Shown piece after piece: positions 52,101-64,000 of a stretch of 64,000 bases of DNA. Positions within the stretch are counted from its first letter, which is position 1. Each line of letters opens with the position of its first letter. The DNA comes from Bispira polyomma. Taxonomy: Eukaryota. The notes under the pieces were generated by a model. It was not told the DNA's origin. It did no database searches and worked only from the letters and a program-made list of their open reading frames with translations. A program made the translations under genes and the position numbers. The stretch is taken from the NCBI GenBank assembly GCA_965649765.1, contig OZ287754.1, positions 67,890,001-67,954,000 on the forward strand, read 5' to 3'.

Positions 52101-52432
52101 TAACGCATGACAAAGCATGCTATACGGTAATTTTTAGCACGATTGGAGGTGTAGTAACACAAAGGTGAAGCCTCAGTGTTTCTAAGCTCCAATCGTGCTA
52201 AAAATTACTGTATAGCATGCTTTGGAATGCGTTAACCCTATTCTAACATGACAAATTTAAATTATTAGCAGATTCCAGTTGTTTTTATTTTAAAATTATG
52301 TTATTAAAGGAACTATATTCATTTGGGTACTGCAGACGAAATTAGACTACTTCTGTTCGTGCATATATGGTTATTTTTAACATAGAGTTCAGCCAATCAG
52401 AATTGCGGACACAGCCGTGTTATGTTAGAATA
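52101..52432. mobile_element. Palindromic non-autonomous DNA element; partial sister copy at 39057-39269
   Basis: 48-bp inverted arms at 52101-52148 and 52187-52234. A second inverted pair tattctaacatgac / gttatgttagaata, with an agccaatcagaat motif. Confidence 0.65.
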
Positions 52433-54268
52433 AGGCTTTAGTAACGTAAACACAAAAAACGATCACCGATAACCACGTTATGTGTGCTTGAGCTTCTCAC
52501 AAACTGCACAACTTTTTCTTTGTGGCCTTAAACTCGATTTATGGATAACACATTTTCATGATTAGAAATAATAAAGAAAGACATATATTTCAATGATATA
52601 CTAATTCATATATTTTACATATTATTTTAATAGATTTTTTGAGAGCCACAATGAATATAGCAGTGTGTAAAATTGTAACTAAAATGGGTAATATTTTCAA
52701 AGTACATGCTTCACAAACGTGACACAATTCACATACCAAAATGGGATCAATACTGAAGTATTGTGCATGACCAGAAAAAGGAAAACATCAGCATTATTTT
52801 GAATGAATCAGTTTTTCAATAAAAGCCCAAAAATGGGACAATTTCAGAAAAACATTAAAGTTACACTCTTCTAAACAGAAAGATGTTTTGTATTCTTTGT
52901 TTTTATAAAATAAGAGAACATATTAAATAGTATGTAAATCATTAAAACAATATACACATTCTCTAAAGTGAGGTAGAATATATAATATCATCATATATGC
53001 TGGATCAATAACCGTATTATGTCACAATAGAAAGGACTCTCTTCGAGATTTGTTTACAAATATGACATTCTACATAGATTTTCAAATTGTGTGATGTCAC
53101 AAAACAAGGATCGTTATATGGGTGTTTGTTTTTTTTTTATAGTTTTGTATCATAGTGTTAACCTTTTAAATTGTCTGGAACACATAAAAATGGTTAAAAA
53201 CCTTACCAAAGTGTATTTTTAAAGTCCTCATAGTTGTTATACAGACTAGAAATGGCTATCATAAAAATAGTATGCTTTTTCCCCGGCCTGTTCATGTGTT
53301 AAAAGCATGACATTTGCATTAAATTTAATAATGAACTCACTAAGCCAGTGCAAATATTAAAACAGAGGTATTGTGTGCGACCGCGAAGCAGCATTGCATA
53401 CAATTCTGCAAGAGATCACTGGCTGGTGGTTCTGTGGCCCATTGAATGTTGGATTCCCCTTTTTACTTAGGTCCTGGTAACACTTTTGGGCCTTACCTAT
53501 GCCAGCGATGCCTAATGACCTTGAATTCATAGTGCAGTAGGTGTTATTTGGGGTAGGTGTACTCTGGTAGATTCACAACTCACTTGGCAAGCCTGTGAGC
53601 CTACTATCTCAGAGGCCTCTATTCCCTCTAAGATCCCTCTTTAAAATGTTCTAGCCTCTCTTTCTAATATACCGGAATGAAGTGCATGTCAGAAAATCTT
53701 TTGCTACAAACTGCTTGGTGATCTATTTGACAAAAGCTATAAAGAATAATAAACTTGGTTATAGCAATGGATTTGAATTTTTGATGAAAAAAAAAGAAAA
53801 GTAACCAACAAGCAGGTGTAAGCAAAGGTGTAACTCTTATAAAGTATGGCAAGCATTGCGTCAGTAAATGTCAGTAATTTACAATATAATAACAGCCTAT
53901 ATAACATATAGTACAAGGTTCAAGAGGCGATATATTTCTCCCGAACGGCAACTCACCCGGTCTAGATAAAATAACAGCAGAACCTTTGAACTATACTCAA
54001 ACAATAGAGTTCAGTTTGTTCAACATGATATTTATAGCATTATTTATACATGAATATCTTCCTGAAAATATGATAAAAGGTGTTTTGGTACCAATAGTGA
54101 ATAGCAAATCTGGGAACCACACTTCTAAGAATATAATTACAGACCTATAGACCTCAGTTAGCTCAAAGATACAGAAAACTAGAACCTTAAAAAGGACACA
54201 TGACTATTTCAATATATCCCCAAACTATTTTCGTTTTACTAAAGGCCACTCTACATATATATATATAT

Positions 54269-57200
54269 TAGTGGTCGGAATGTTTGAATGATATAAAACA
54301 CACAGTCGGCACCAAATAATTAAAATACTAACACTACTTACTTTTATTTCATTGTGTATCAACTTCAGTATCCAAAAGTATAGCACAAACAGTACTTCTA
54401 TAACCTTATGATAATTACCATAAAAGGCAAGTCATGTGACACATTTTGCAGGTACACAATAAAGGTAGTTGCAGTAAAAATACTAGCCTATTTTCAAGTC
54501 TCCTATGTATCCCTAACTCTGACCAATAGAAACAAGCAAATTTCTTTTCAAACAGTTTCATTTCCCACATATGATATATAAATAAACAAATTATTGTGAG
54601 AAATAATTGAAAACACTTGTCTTATTGTATTTTGAAGCCATATTGCCAGTTTCACTTGCTCACACCTAACTAATAATTCTAGTCCATTGTTTTTGTATTT
54701 TGATTCCATCTTTGCAGCTCACTTGGTCAAACTAAAAACTAAAAATTAATTACCTTATCAAACTCACTTTTGAACTTAAACTTCTTTAAGCACTTTAATA
54801 ATTTAAATGGATTACAACTAGTTTGTCCACTGTTTCTGGTTTTAATATGGCCCTTTTTTTACTGACCACATTCCCACAAGTACTAAACACCCTCTCTGAT
54901 GGGGTAGATATCGTAAGAATACACAACATTTTTCTGGCTAGGTTCGACAACATTGGATAAAAAACAGAATTATGTTTCCACCACAACAGTGGGATGAATG
55001 TCTTATCTGTTAACATATCTTTGGGGATTTGGGAGTGAAAGTACCTGTCCAACTCGTTGGTGGCATTTCCCAGTTCAGAAACTTCGACATCTTCAATGCC
55101 ACAGCAGATAATATCATCCAAATCAAATGCGCTAACTTTGGCCTTTTTAGCTGAAGGTGGGCTATCACCAGAACTAGCCTCAGAAGGTTCAGATTTAACT
55201 GAAACAATAGGCGGCTGTTCTTGTGTTGCAGCCTCGGGATGTTCTTGTAATATACTAGCAACAAAAGGAGTAGTGGCTTGTGAAATTTCTGATATTGTAT
55301 CAATTACCATTTGAAACTTGCACTGGCCATAGATGGCTTGTCTCTCACCAAGGCTACAAAATGACAGGTGTCTAAATCTTGGATCTAGACAAGAGGCCAG
55401 GAATAAAAACTCTTTTAATTTTGGTTGCTGGTATCTGTTTTTATGATTGTTATGCATGGCTAGTTTTACCAGTTTTTCGAAAGGGCTATCAGAAGGATGG
55501 TTTGCAGGATGCTTATGCAGCAATTGATGTAGGAAATTATTTAAATGGTAGCATAAGAGTCAACACTGAGTTTAACCGTTTCAATTTTTCAAAGGCTTTA
55601 GAAGTTCAGCAAGCTCTTCTAGGAGAGATATCTTATTTGTCTCTAAACTGAAACATTTGACTTTTTGTGGGTCATGCATTAGTACAGCATTCATTGCCAA
55701 CTGCTGTACTAGCAAGCGAATTACCATGTCAAATATTGAGTTCCACCTTGTTTCACAGTCTTGAAGTAGCTTATTTTGGGGTAATTGTAGAAGCTTTTGC
55801 TTCTCATTCAACAAATTTGAACTCTGTGAGGAATAATGGAAATGGGAAACAAGGCGCTTTGCACTCGCTACCACCTTAGAAGCTTACGGAACTTCAAAAG
55901 CCTTTCTTGCACACAAATTTAAAGTTTGGGAAATACATGCTATAACAAGTCTATCCATCTTATCTCAAGCATTTTTAATATATTTTGCATTATCTGCATT
56001 GCCAACTACATGTTTCCCAGCAAAAAAACATTCTTCAAAAGCTTGTTCAAGACCAGCAGCCAAGTTCTCTGAAGTGTGGGGACTGGGGCATATGTTGTGT
56101 TTGTAGGACCTTAGAGATAAGATCCCAGTTGTCGTTGAGGCAGTGGATGGTAACTAAAGAAAATGAAGTAAAATTCTGGTCAAGATTGTTGTCTTTAAGA
56201 TCATTAAGTTTTTGTCATTCTGTACAACTTCTGGTTGTGGGGAAAGTAGGCAGTAAACCACGAGATTTGTTGAAGGCCAGTGGTTTGCAGTAGTTTGCAC
56301 TTTGCAGTGCAGGAGATTTTTGCCTACTACCCTTCATTAGTTTATAGTTTCCTCCACCACCTGTCATGGACTTGTGCAATATGTGAAAAAGGCTTCAAAA
56401 GCCATATAAAACACAAATAAAGTGAAATATTCACATTCATGCTATTCAATTTTTATTAAAACATGATATACTGATAAGTTTAGGTGCCTTGACCTTAGAA
56501 AAGACTTGTGGAATAATTATACTGCTCATCGTTTTAGAACATGGCATGCTGTATCTTGGGTGTAATAAATCCACGAAGCATGGAAATATGGGATACTGAC
56601 AGTGGACAGAGGCACAAGATCTTTCACAATCCATTTTGTGAGTTGTTTTGTAATATCCTTGCTTTCCTTACTAAAATAAAAGGCTTGACTTCAAGCTTAC
56701 CGCAAGCAGACTGAATGGAAGCCTGTTTTACAGAACTACTTGCTCTATGCATAATATCAGAGTGATAACTATTGAGATGAGTCATCATGTTGCTTGTATT
56801 CCAACCTTTGTAAGGGATGGTAACATGGCAAATTTTACAAACAGTTTCATTTCTCTTGATTTTGCCATCAATCTTGTAGAATCCAAAATGCTTCCAAACT
56901 TTACTTGCATTAGATCTTTTCCCAGATTCATTATCCACTATTACTTTCTCTGTTTCCATTATATTTTCAGCCATTTTTTACTCAAATAATAATTCAAACT
57001 GATTAAAAATATTTAAACATTAAGCTAAGAATGCATATCCTTGGCCACAGAATGACATTATCTGAAGTTTTATTCACGTCATAAAAAACCGGGGCCGACT
57101 TGGAGAGGCTAGTATTTTTTGCTTACTGTTTCTTTATCGGCGACCATATTGGATATCACTTCAGTTAATAAAAGTTGGTAAAACAAATTGTAAATGTGTT

Positions 57201-57401
57201 GTTTTGAAGTGATATTTAGTGGTTTACTTTATTTTATTTTGGTAAGTATATAGTTTTATATGAATTATGTGAATTAAACATCTGAAATTTACAGAAGTGT
57301 GTTATTTTCGGAATCCGGTTATGAGAGTTAAACTCCGAATATACATATATGAGAGCATTTTGGTCAGGGTTTTGGATACCGGTATGCTGTTCACTACACT
57401 A
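54269..57401 (-). mobile_element. hAT (Ac/ZBED-like) DNA transposon, decayed; transposase ~56974-54795
   Basis: BED finger SKVWKHF...CKIC...TSNMMTHLNSYH, DCETRWNSIFDM, LDPRF, and the hATC motif PLLWWK...SERVFS. TAGTG termini with an 8-bp TSD atatata(t/g). Confidence 0.88.
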
Positions 57402-58233
57402 ATATATAGATATTTTGTTAAATGAAGTATTAAATTATTAGAAACATAATTTCACCGCATTTGTATGTTTAATTTTTAGCTTATATGCATACTATAGCAG
57501 GTGTAAACTGGTTATTTAGTGACATTCTTACCATATTTTGTACCTACACACAATGTTAAGCTTCAATACTATGATACAAAGTCATTCAAAGAGTCACATC
57601 TTTTCATGTAGATTGTCATATTAGTAAACAAATCTCAAAGAGAAGGCTTTCTATTGTGACATAATCATTTTAACGGTCCAGCATGTATGAATACAATAGG
57701 TACACAATTTCCCTTTAGGAAATATATTATTTTTAATGATTTATTTTTTAAATTTATTTTTGTATTTCATAAAATTATGAAAATAATTCAATCTTCATTT
57801 TGCAATGTATTAACTTAATTCTTTTGTAAAATTAATAGAGTTTATTGAATTTTATTGAAAAAATAAATCACACAAAATAGTGCAAAAGTCATTATTTATC
57901 TGGTTGTGCACAATACTGTAGTATAGATTCCATCTCTGTGTGTGCTTTGTGTCAGGTTTAGGAGGGTGTACTTGGACAAATATTAATATATTTGTTACAA
58001 TTTTGCGCATTATTATATGCAATAGTAGTTGTTGATAAACTATTTTATGAAACTTAAATTCATAAAATTTAACTTGAATTGCTATTTACTTCCTCTTTTA
58101 TTTCTTTCACTCATCATAAGATAAAAATGCTGATCTAAAAAATGACTTTGAGGCCTTCTTAACAAAATTGTCTATGTGTCAAGATGGTATATAGGAGCTC
58201 CGTCACGGAGCTCTGTCATGGAGTTAAAATTGC

Positions 58234-58413
58234 CTAAAATAGTCTAGATCTTGGGAGGGAGCTCTAAAATGGCCTAGATCTTGGGAGGGAGCTCTAAAAT
58301 CGCCCAAATCTTGGGAGGTAGTTTGCAAATCGCCTAAATCTTAGTAGGAAGCTTTAAAATCGCCTAGATCTTGGGAGGTAGCTCAAAAATTGGCTCTATC
58401 TTAGGAGTTAGCC
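58234..58413. repeat. 30-bp tandem repeat, 6 copies
   Basis: Unit ctaaaatcgcctagatcttgggagggagct. Confidence 0.85.
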
Positions 58414-60115
58414 TGAAAAACATCTATATTAAATAAAATAAACTCTTTAATTTATTATCATATTTTATTCTTTATTCAGGGTAATTATACATAATACAAT
58501 ATACATTAATGCAAGTTACACCAATACATAAATCTTTTACTATCCATTAGATGTCATACAGATAAAAATTTTAATTATCTTAACAGTTTAAGTATAATAA
58601 CATGTATCACAAACCCATTGTTTATTTACAACTTCATCATGATTATACCCTACATACTTTTTTTTGCGAGATTTCTAAATCCTCTGTCGTTATCGCTTAC
58701 ATGTGCTTTTATTTATCCCGACATGGACATGCGCACTCGAAATGCTGAATAGGCTTATTATAGAAGATTTCTCCGTCACGGAGGCGATCGCCTCCGAGTT
58801 TTAGTATGTACTTTTTTACGAGGTTTAGAAACCACCCGTTTACCCTGGATAATTGACTTCCGGATTAAATGTAAACAAACAAGTTGAAACTTGCAGACGT
58901 TCTGCTGAGTAAGCTACAATTACTGGGTTTGTACTACAAACTTTGTAGTGATATAAATATGACATTTACTAACGATATCAGAAACTGTGTGAACATTGTG
59001 CCAGGACTGTATCGATGGTATTTCTAAATGCAAGACATCTCGTCAATGTGTGATTTGGTATACGCCGGTGTATCGTTGTGTTACGTAGTATCGACGGTCA
59101 TCCATTTCCGACGGTGGCGTAAGAATACATTATAGTTCAAACCACATGCTTTATTTTGTAAATAAAAATAACATGATGGTAAATACTAGCCTCAATTTCA
59201 ATGTTGGGATGTCCATTTCGTTTTACCGTTTTAGTATCATAAGTTTTCAAAACTGATTAAAATAAATGTATTTTATTCTATGGTCCTAAAATTTAATTTC
59301 GCCATATAAAGCCGTATTGCGGAAAAATTTCATAACTCATGAACTACTGTAGATAAAAATTTTGTTAACATATAGTAAGAAAGCTTGTTTTATTGTGGTT
59401 ATTGTCCTTTTTGTTACATCAAAATCCGTTAAGAAATGGTTGAGATATTTAACTCTAAAGATGGTAGCCATTTTTATATTTAGTAATCTTTACTTTCTAA
59501 CTGTCGCAGAGTGCGCCATCGAGTGAGTACTTAGTAAACTAGAGAACATGTGCTCATATAAGGCATATATTTCATTGCTGGAAAAATATATATGTACATT
59601 TAAGATATTTCTTCAAACAAATATGTTGATTATTTTATTATTACTTATTTTGTAAAACGGAAATGAGGTTACTTAACATTACATCCCTTATTAATATTTA
59701 GAAGTTGTGTTGCTGTGCTGAGTAACAAATTTGCGTAGGCAATTTCATTTCAATTAAAAACTATGTTTGTGTCTCATTTTAATTTATAAATGGTTGTAAC
59801 TCGTAGAAATATCAATAAAAAGAACAGTGCATACTTAATTTTTGGAAAGTTAGCACAAAAACCTTTGTTTAATAAATTTAAGCATCACCATCGATAACCT
59901 GTGACTGTTTTTATTTTCAGAGAGGAAATACACTATTCAATAAAATGAGTTTAAAATATGTTTATTAATAGAAATAATCCACGATTTTTACGTTAAAATT
60001 AGGAAAACAATACTTCTTTTAATCTGGTACTATATTTAGATACTGATGTCGGATGAATATTAATAAAATGCGGTAAATGGCCTTACACCGTCGGAAACCG
60101 GTAACTCAAGAATAC

Positions 60116-60623
60116 TTTTGGGGCATTAATGACAGAGTTTCATAACAGTAGGGGTGGGATGGTGCAAAGAAAATGCTTAAAGTGCTCGTTCTTGGAAACC
60201 CGCCTCGAATTCGGATACTCGCGAGGTTTTATATTTACCATATATAAACACCAGAAACAAATATGGCTGTTTCCCTGTACTACCTCTGGTTATAATTCGG
60301 CCGCCTGTTGTAAATCGGCCATCACATTTTAAATGGTAATTATTAACAATCTAGGTACAAAATTAACCATTTTGGGGCATTAATGACAGAGTTTCATAAC
60401 AGTAGGGGTGGGATGGTGCAAAGAAAATGCTTAAAGTGCTCGTTCTTGGAAACCCGACTCGAATTCGGATACTCGCGAGGTTTTATATTTACCATATATA
60501 AACACCAGAAACAAATATGGCTGTTTCCCTGTACTACCTCTGGTTATAATTCGGCCGCCTGTTGTAAATCGGCCATCACATTTTAAATGGTAATTATTAA
60601 CAATCTAGGTACAAAATTAACCA
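60116..60623. repeat. 254-bp near-perfect tandem duplication
   Basis: 60116-60369 matches 60370-60623 with one visible substitution. Identical ORFs at 60129 and 60383. Confidence 0.92.
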
Positions 60624-60771
60624 TAGGATTCAAATAAAACAATTACAATAGTAATATTCAAGGAAGGACAGTAATGTTAGGTCAATAAATTTAAATAATT
60701 AGAAGTTATGTCACATTAATTGTAGGATGGCCGATTCATGACAGGCGGCCGAGTTATGACCACAGGCAGTA
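60532..60771. mobile_element. MITE with ~45-bp TIRs, Tc1/mariner-pogo-like
   Basis: tactacctctggttataattcggccgcctgttgtaaatcggccatc is inverted relative to gatggccgattcatgacaggcggccgagttatgaccacaggcagta. TA at both ends. Confidence 0.6.
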
Positions 60772-60859
60772 GCGATGTTTTTGTGAAAAAAACGTCTGAT
60801 ATTTAATACATATATAGGATTATCAATGAAATAGAATCAATGAAAACATCTGTGGGTTA

Positions 60860-63679
60860 AAAACTAGAAATACATTAGGTTTAAATGATAGTATGGCCTT
60901 AAATGAATATAACACTAGGAAATTAGAACTGGAAACTAAACTTAATGCCTTTTATAAAGAGAAGGCTAAAGGTTATTGTATAAGGTCAAGAGCTCAGTGG
61001 ATACAAGAAGGAGAGGTAAATAGTAGATACTTTTTGAGTCTTGAAAAACAAAAACAAAGTAATAATGTCATAAGAAGAATCAAATGTGGGGATATATATT
61101 ATGAAACAGTGAAATTTTAAATGAAACAGTAAAATTTTATAACAATCTATACAGACATACACAAATTCCCAAAGAAAATATTGAAACCTATTTTAAAAAA
61201 CATAAACCAGAGAATATACTGAATAACAGTGAGACTGCTTTATGTGATGAAAATATATCTGAAGAAGAAGTATCAGTGGTTGTTAAAAAGCTAAAGCAGA
61301 ACAAATCACCTGGCTTAGATGGCCTGACTTCTGAATTCTATCAATTGTTTTGGAATAAACTTCAACCATTATATATGAACATGCTAGAAGAATCTTTTAA
61401 GAAGGGTATTCTACCCAGCAGTATCAGAAAAGCTGTCATATCGTTAATATTTAAGAAAGGTGATCAAACACTGTTAAAGAACTATAGGCCGATAAGCCTA
61501 ACAAACTGTGATTACAAAATATTAACCTTCATATTATCACAGCGTATGCAAACGGTAATATCAAAACTAATATCAAGTGATCAATGTGGATATATTAAAA
61601 AACGATATATTGGTCTAAATGCTAGAATAATAAATGATACAATAGAATACTATGATAATAATAACTTACCTGGTTCAGTAATATGTCTAGATTTTGAAAA
61701 GACTTTTCACTCCTTAGATTGGAATTTCATGATATCAGCTTTAGAAAACTTTGGTTTTGGAAAAAATTTTACTCGCTGGATTCAAATTCTTTACACAAAT
61801 CCATCTTTCTGCATTAAAAACAATGGGTGGATATCAAAAGAATCTTACATGAAAAGGGGAATAAGACAAGGATGTGCAGTGTCAGCACTGCTGTTTATTA
61901 TTTCTGTAGAATTCATGTCAATACAAATTAAACAGTGTCAAAATATAAATGGCATCAAACTTTTTGATAAAGAGTGCAGAATTTTACAATATGCTGATGA
62001 CACTACACTCACATTGCTTGACTGTGAGTCAATTTCATATTCACTCACAGAAATACAGCATTTTTCTAAGTTATCTGGTCTGACAATAAATGTCAATAAA
62101 TCTGAAGGCCTATGGCTCGGAAATCTTAAAGATAGCCCTGAGACATTCCCAAGGAATAAAATTTAGTGATGGCCCAATAAAATACCTAGGGATATATATT
62201 GGTAAAAACAACAAAGTGTGTGAAGAACTAAACTGGAATAAAAAGATAAATGAAATTGAAATATTATTGTCTAAATGGAACACTCAACAGTTAACATTAT
62301 TGGGCAAGTCTGTTGTAATAGATAGCTTAATTATTCCAAAATTGGTGTACTGCATGACTATATTGCATGTACCGGATTCTGTTGTTAAAAAAATTGATAA
62401 AATGATATATTCTTTCCTCTTTGGAAAAGTATATAAAATTAGAAAGGGTTCTGTTATAGGTCGTGTTGAAAATGGCGGGCTTAATGTCATAGATATTGGA
62501 ACAAAAATATCATCTTTGAAAACCTCATGGATACCAAAACTACTCCATGACAATAGCAAATTAACAGAAATTCTTAAAATGTATTTACATCCAATGAAAA
62601 TCGATGTTAATCTTCTATTGAAAATGAATTGCCGGAAAATAGAAAGCTCTGATATTCTTCAGAGGCTTCCTCACTTTTACCAAGACATCATTATCTCTTT
62701 TAACACATGTAGGTCAATAAAGCATATTGCTAATCTAAATAATGCAGAGGTTTTCTCACAAATCATATGGGGAAATGAATATTTCAAAATGAACAATAAA
62801 ACTTTGTATTATGACAATTGGATACAAAGTGGTTTCTTGTTTGTGAAAGACTTGTTTGATAATAATGGGAGTTGGCTTAATGAAACTGAAATATTAAAAA
62901 AGCTTGACAGAAAAAATAATTGGATAATTGAATTTGCTATAATCAAAACAACTCTTAGTAAACAAGTTAAAAAGTATGATAGTAGTGTATGTAAATATAT
63001 TCAACAACCAATGCTACAAAATACAGATTTCTTTGCTCTTGGCAAAATTATGAAGACAAACTGCATTGATTCTAAAAGTGTCTATCAAGTTCTAATCAAT
63101 AAAAAGTTCAACCGTCCTTACACTGAGAAAATGTGGCAAAAGGTGTTAGATATTTCATTAAATAGACACGACTGGGAGAAAATATACATTTACAACATCA
63201 AAGAGACAAAATATAGAAAATTTGCAGAATTTAAATATAAGATCTTGCTTAGTATATTACCTTGTGGCAAATATGTAAATAAATGGAATAAAAATGTACC
63301 ACTATATTGTGCTTATTGTAATGAAACTGAAAGTGTTATGCACATGTTATTCCACTGTAAAAGGGTACAGGACATTTGGATATCCATTCAAGAATGCTTA
63401 AAGCTTAATGTTACATTGAAACATATCATACTGGGATTAAACTGTGAATATTATCCAAATACTAACAAACATCTATGTATCATTATAGTATGTTATTCTA
63501 TTTATGCTGTATGGTGTAGATGTTCCTTCGATAAAATCAGTTTTAAAACTGTGAACTTAAAAAATAGTATAAAACAACAACTTATTTATTACTCAGAAGT
63601 TTATGAAAATATATTATCTATGACGCAAAAATCCCATTTGAACCAACTAATCAAAAATATAATCCTGCATTTAGATTGA
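60860..63679 (+). mobile_element. Tx1/L1-clade LINE ORF2 (RT + C-terminal zinc finger), 5'-truncated, frameshifts near 61110 and 62150
   Basis: IRSRAQWIQEGE, KSPGLDGLTSEFY, NYRPISLTNCDYKIL, GIRQGC, QYADD, KYLGI, GGL, CAYC...HMLFHC. No endonuclease domain seen. Confidence 0.92.
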
Positions 63680-64000
63680 GTTTTTTACCCTATTCTATTT
63701 ACTTAATAACTATATGATTGCACACATAAGTAGAAAAAATGATATATTTCAAAGTTAACTATTATTATTATATTGTAAATTTACATCCTATATAAATTGG
63801 TATGCAGCTTATGTATTATAAATATCACTAACTAATATTTGTAAATATATATATATATATTATTGTATGTTCAATGTTTTTGTCTCATGCACCTGTAAAT
63901 ATTTTTGATAGGATTTTAACATAAAATGTAGGTTATTTGACAAAATCTTAAATATTATTTGCTGTAACCAGGCCGAAATGTGCCAACGTTAATATTTTAT

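Noticed and set aside
60129-60586. Duplicated 67-aa genes
   Set aside because: These ORFs are by-products of the 254-bp duplication, overlap a MITE end and have no recognisable motif.

Overview
AT-rich, intron-containing animal genomic DNA, probably a marine invertebrate such as a mollusc (inferred from the repeat families). It is mostly nested, decayed mobile elements. In order: (1) the 3' part of a Gypsy pol (integrase), followed by a degraded extra ORF that ends in a TatD-family nuclease domain and then an LTR-like block; (2) minus-strand DIRS-type RT/RNase H remnants; (3) a Ngaro-type tyrosine-recombinase retrotransposon with A1-ORFs-B1-A2-B2 split direct repeats, carrying (4) a 4.8-kb Chapaev/N-RAG-TP-type transposon whose transposase has a RAG1-like N-terminus, RING and DDE core, with CACAGTA termini; (5) a second LTR-like block with a tRNA-Leu primer-binding site; (6) an ankyrin + Death-domain pseudogene with an intronic 39-bp minisatellite and tandem paralog remnants; (7) a MADF-only Harbinger element, CR1/L2 LINE fragments, MITEs and tRNA-derived SINEs; (8) one apparently intact six-exon minus-strand gene for a 224-aa signal peptide-CUB-transmembrane protein; (9) a decayed hAT element and a 5'-truncated Tx1/L1 LINE. 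The best novelty candidates are the TatD-carrying Gypsy element and the RAG1-like transposon with structured, RSS-like ends. All calls are from reading motifs by eye; no searches were run.
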